32,000 nt of DNA, taken from an uncultured archaeon (GTDB lineage Archaea; Iainarchaeota; Iainarchaeia; Iainarchaeales; DATDZZ01). A program made the position numbers and the translations under genes. The DNA is taken from contig CAYJVY010000010.1 of the NCBI GenBank assembly GCA_964373795.1, positions 1 to 32,000 of the forward strand, read 5' to 3'. The notes beneath the pieces are model-generated. The model saw only the letters and a list, made by a program, of their open reading frames with translations. It ran no database searches and had not been told where the DNA came from. Positions 31,019-32,000 of the stretch are shown here, in pieces (within the stretch, counting starts at the first letter, position 1; every line of letters starts with the position of its first letter).

Positions 31019-31299
31019 TATAAGTGTCACTTAAAAAATTAATGTGTATATTTAGAGGAAGTAATCCTATTGATTGTCATTAAAAAAAATAAAGTTGAAA
31101 AATTTAAAGTGCATTCTCTGGGCGGGCCAATTTAGAGGCGTTTAATTGACAAATGAATTAAATATAAAAGCATTGGATTGTGCAGTAATTGCTGCAGGAT
31201 TAATTGCGTGGGTTTACAATTTTTCTTTGAAAAAATTTAGTTAGTTTTGAATTCATTAAATTTTTAAACAACAAAAGTACTGTATTAATGAGGTTTAAT

Positions 31300-32000
31300 A
31301 TGGCAAAAGATCCAAATTGTGGAATGACTGTGGATGAAAAAAAAGCAAAGTTTGTTTCCAATAAAGGTGGAAAGAAAACTTATTTTTGTTCATTAAATTG
31401 TTTGAAGACTTTCGAATCCAAACATGGTTCGAAAGCTTCTTCCGCAAAAACTACAAAAATGCCAGAAAAAATAGCGCTTAAAAATTCAAAAATTGAAGGC
31501 ACTAATTCGAAACTTATTTCAATTACTGGAATGCATTGTGCTTCTTGTTCTCAAACAATTGAAAAAGCATTAACAAAACTGCCAGGAGTTGTTTCTGCTA
31601 ATGTTAATTTTGCTTCTTCTAAAGCATTAGTGAAATACGATGCAAGTAAAGTTGGGGAAAAAGAATTTTTTTCCGCAGTTGAAAAATCAGGATATGGGGT
31701 AGTTAAAGAAGAATTTGGTGGAGAAGGAAAAGAGATTTTAGCAAAGATTGATATAATTGGAATGAGTTCACAACATTGTGTTGGAGTTGTAGAACAAACC
31801 CTGCATAAATTACATGGATTAGACAATATAAAAGTTAATCTTGGAACACAAACAGCAGAATTCCTTTATAATAAAGAGAAAATTTCTTTGCAGGAAATAA
31901 TTTCTGCAATAAAGAATTCTGGATATGAGGCAAGAATTGCTTTGCCTGAAGATAAGGAAAAAATCGCTCGCGAAAAAGAAATTCAGGAATACAAATTCAA
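31300..32000 (+). CDS. copA: Copper-translocating P1B-type ATPase, N-terminal metal-binding region (partial, runs off the right edge)
   Basis: SD gaggt. The YHS/TRASH module is CGMTVDEKKAKFVSNKGGKKTYFCSLNCLKTF. The first HMA domain is ITGMHCASCSQTIEKAL. The second, degenerate HMA is IIGMSSQHCVGVVEQTL. It is absent from the ORF track because no stop lies in the window. Confidence 0.85.
   Translation, partial: MAKDPNCGMTVDEKKAKFVSNKGGKKTYFCSLNCLKTFESKHGSKASSAKTTKMPEKIALKNSKIEGTNSKLISITGMHCASCSQTIEKALTKLPGVVSANVNFASSKALVKYDASKVGEKEFFSAVEKSGYGVVKEEFGGEGKEILAKIDIIGMSSQHCVGVVEQTLHKLHGLDNIKVNLGTQTAEFLYNKEKISLQEIISAIKNSGYEARIALPEDKEKIAREKEIQEYKF

Noticed and set aside
31146-31241. A TTG-initiated 31-codon ORF (TNELNIKALDCAVIAAGLIAWVYNFSLKKFS) between padR and copA, and a 36-codon minus-strand ORF near 19955-20065 (MGINFLLVCFSSGFSNNALGLLSIAVALYAINKKWD).
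   Set aside because: Both are hydrophobic enough to be micro-membrane proteins, but they lack a convincing SD or ATG context and any motif. There is not enough support to call them.
1-32000. A scan for CRISPR arrays, tRNA/rRNA genes, IS elements, integrases and long terminal or inverted repeats.
   Set aside because: I saw no regularly spaced direct repeats, cloverleaf-compatible GC-rich segments, or transposase or integrase motifs (DDE, tyrosine recombinase R..H..R..Y). The only repeats found are the short operator-like elements and the paralogous gene segments already reported.

Overview
This is an AT-rich window of tightly packed genes. It looks archaeal, probably from a small-genome DPANN-like lineage. 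That call is an inference from four things: an archaeal-type 397-aa YchF/OLA1 GTPase, a geranylgeranyl reductase, TATA-like boxes about 25-30 nt upstream of several start codons (leaderless style), and GGAGG Shine-Dalgarno sites inside operons. I found no rRNA, tRNA, CRISPR array, transposase or integrase.

Left third (1-11.2 kb), an accessory or defence-like patch:
- Three paralogous P-loop ATPases, each carrying a PD-(D/E)xK-type C-terminal module.
- A duplicated small HTH gene.
- An 888-aa Cys-rich lipoprotein.
- A membrane protein paired with a double wHTH regulator.
- An AbiE-like wHTH plus nucleotidyltransferase pair, with the transferase split into two overlapping ORFs.
- ychF.

Remainder (11.2-32 kb), an unusually dense copper and thiol-disulfide island:
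- Two diverged copies of an apparently undescribed module. Each has a CxxCC...CGCAHS-domain protein, a small membrane-anchored protein ending in V-G-G-C-COOH, and a membrane-anchored protein with three thioredoxin-fold CxxC repeats. Copy A adds a CcdA/DsbD-type reductant transporter. Copy B adds a cupredoxin fusion.
- A second redoxin-CcdA pair.
- Four TRASH/YHS-like zinc-ribbon modules.
- Several unannotated Cys-rich micro-ORFs with good ribosome-binding sites, and a Met-rich secreted protein.
- ArsR, HxlR, BlaI/CopY-plus-M56 and PadR-TRASH regulators, each with a palindromic or repeated candidate operator.
- DsrE-like and HMA gene remnants.
- The 5' end of a CopA-type P1B ATPase.

All functional calls rest on motif recognition by eye. 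No database search was run.
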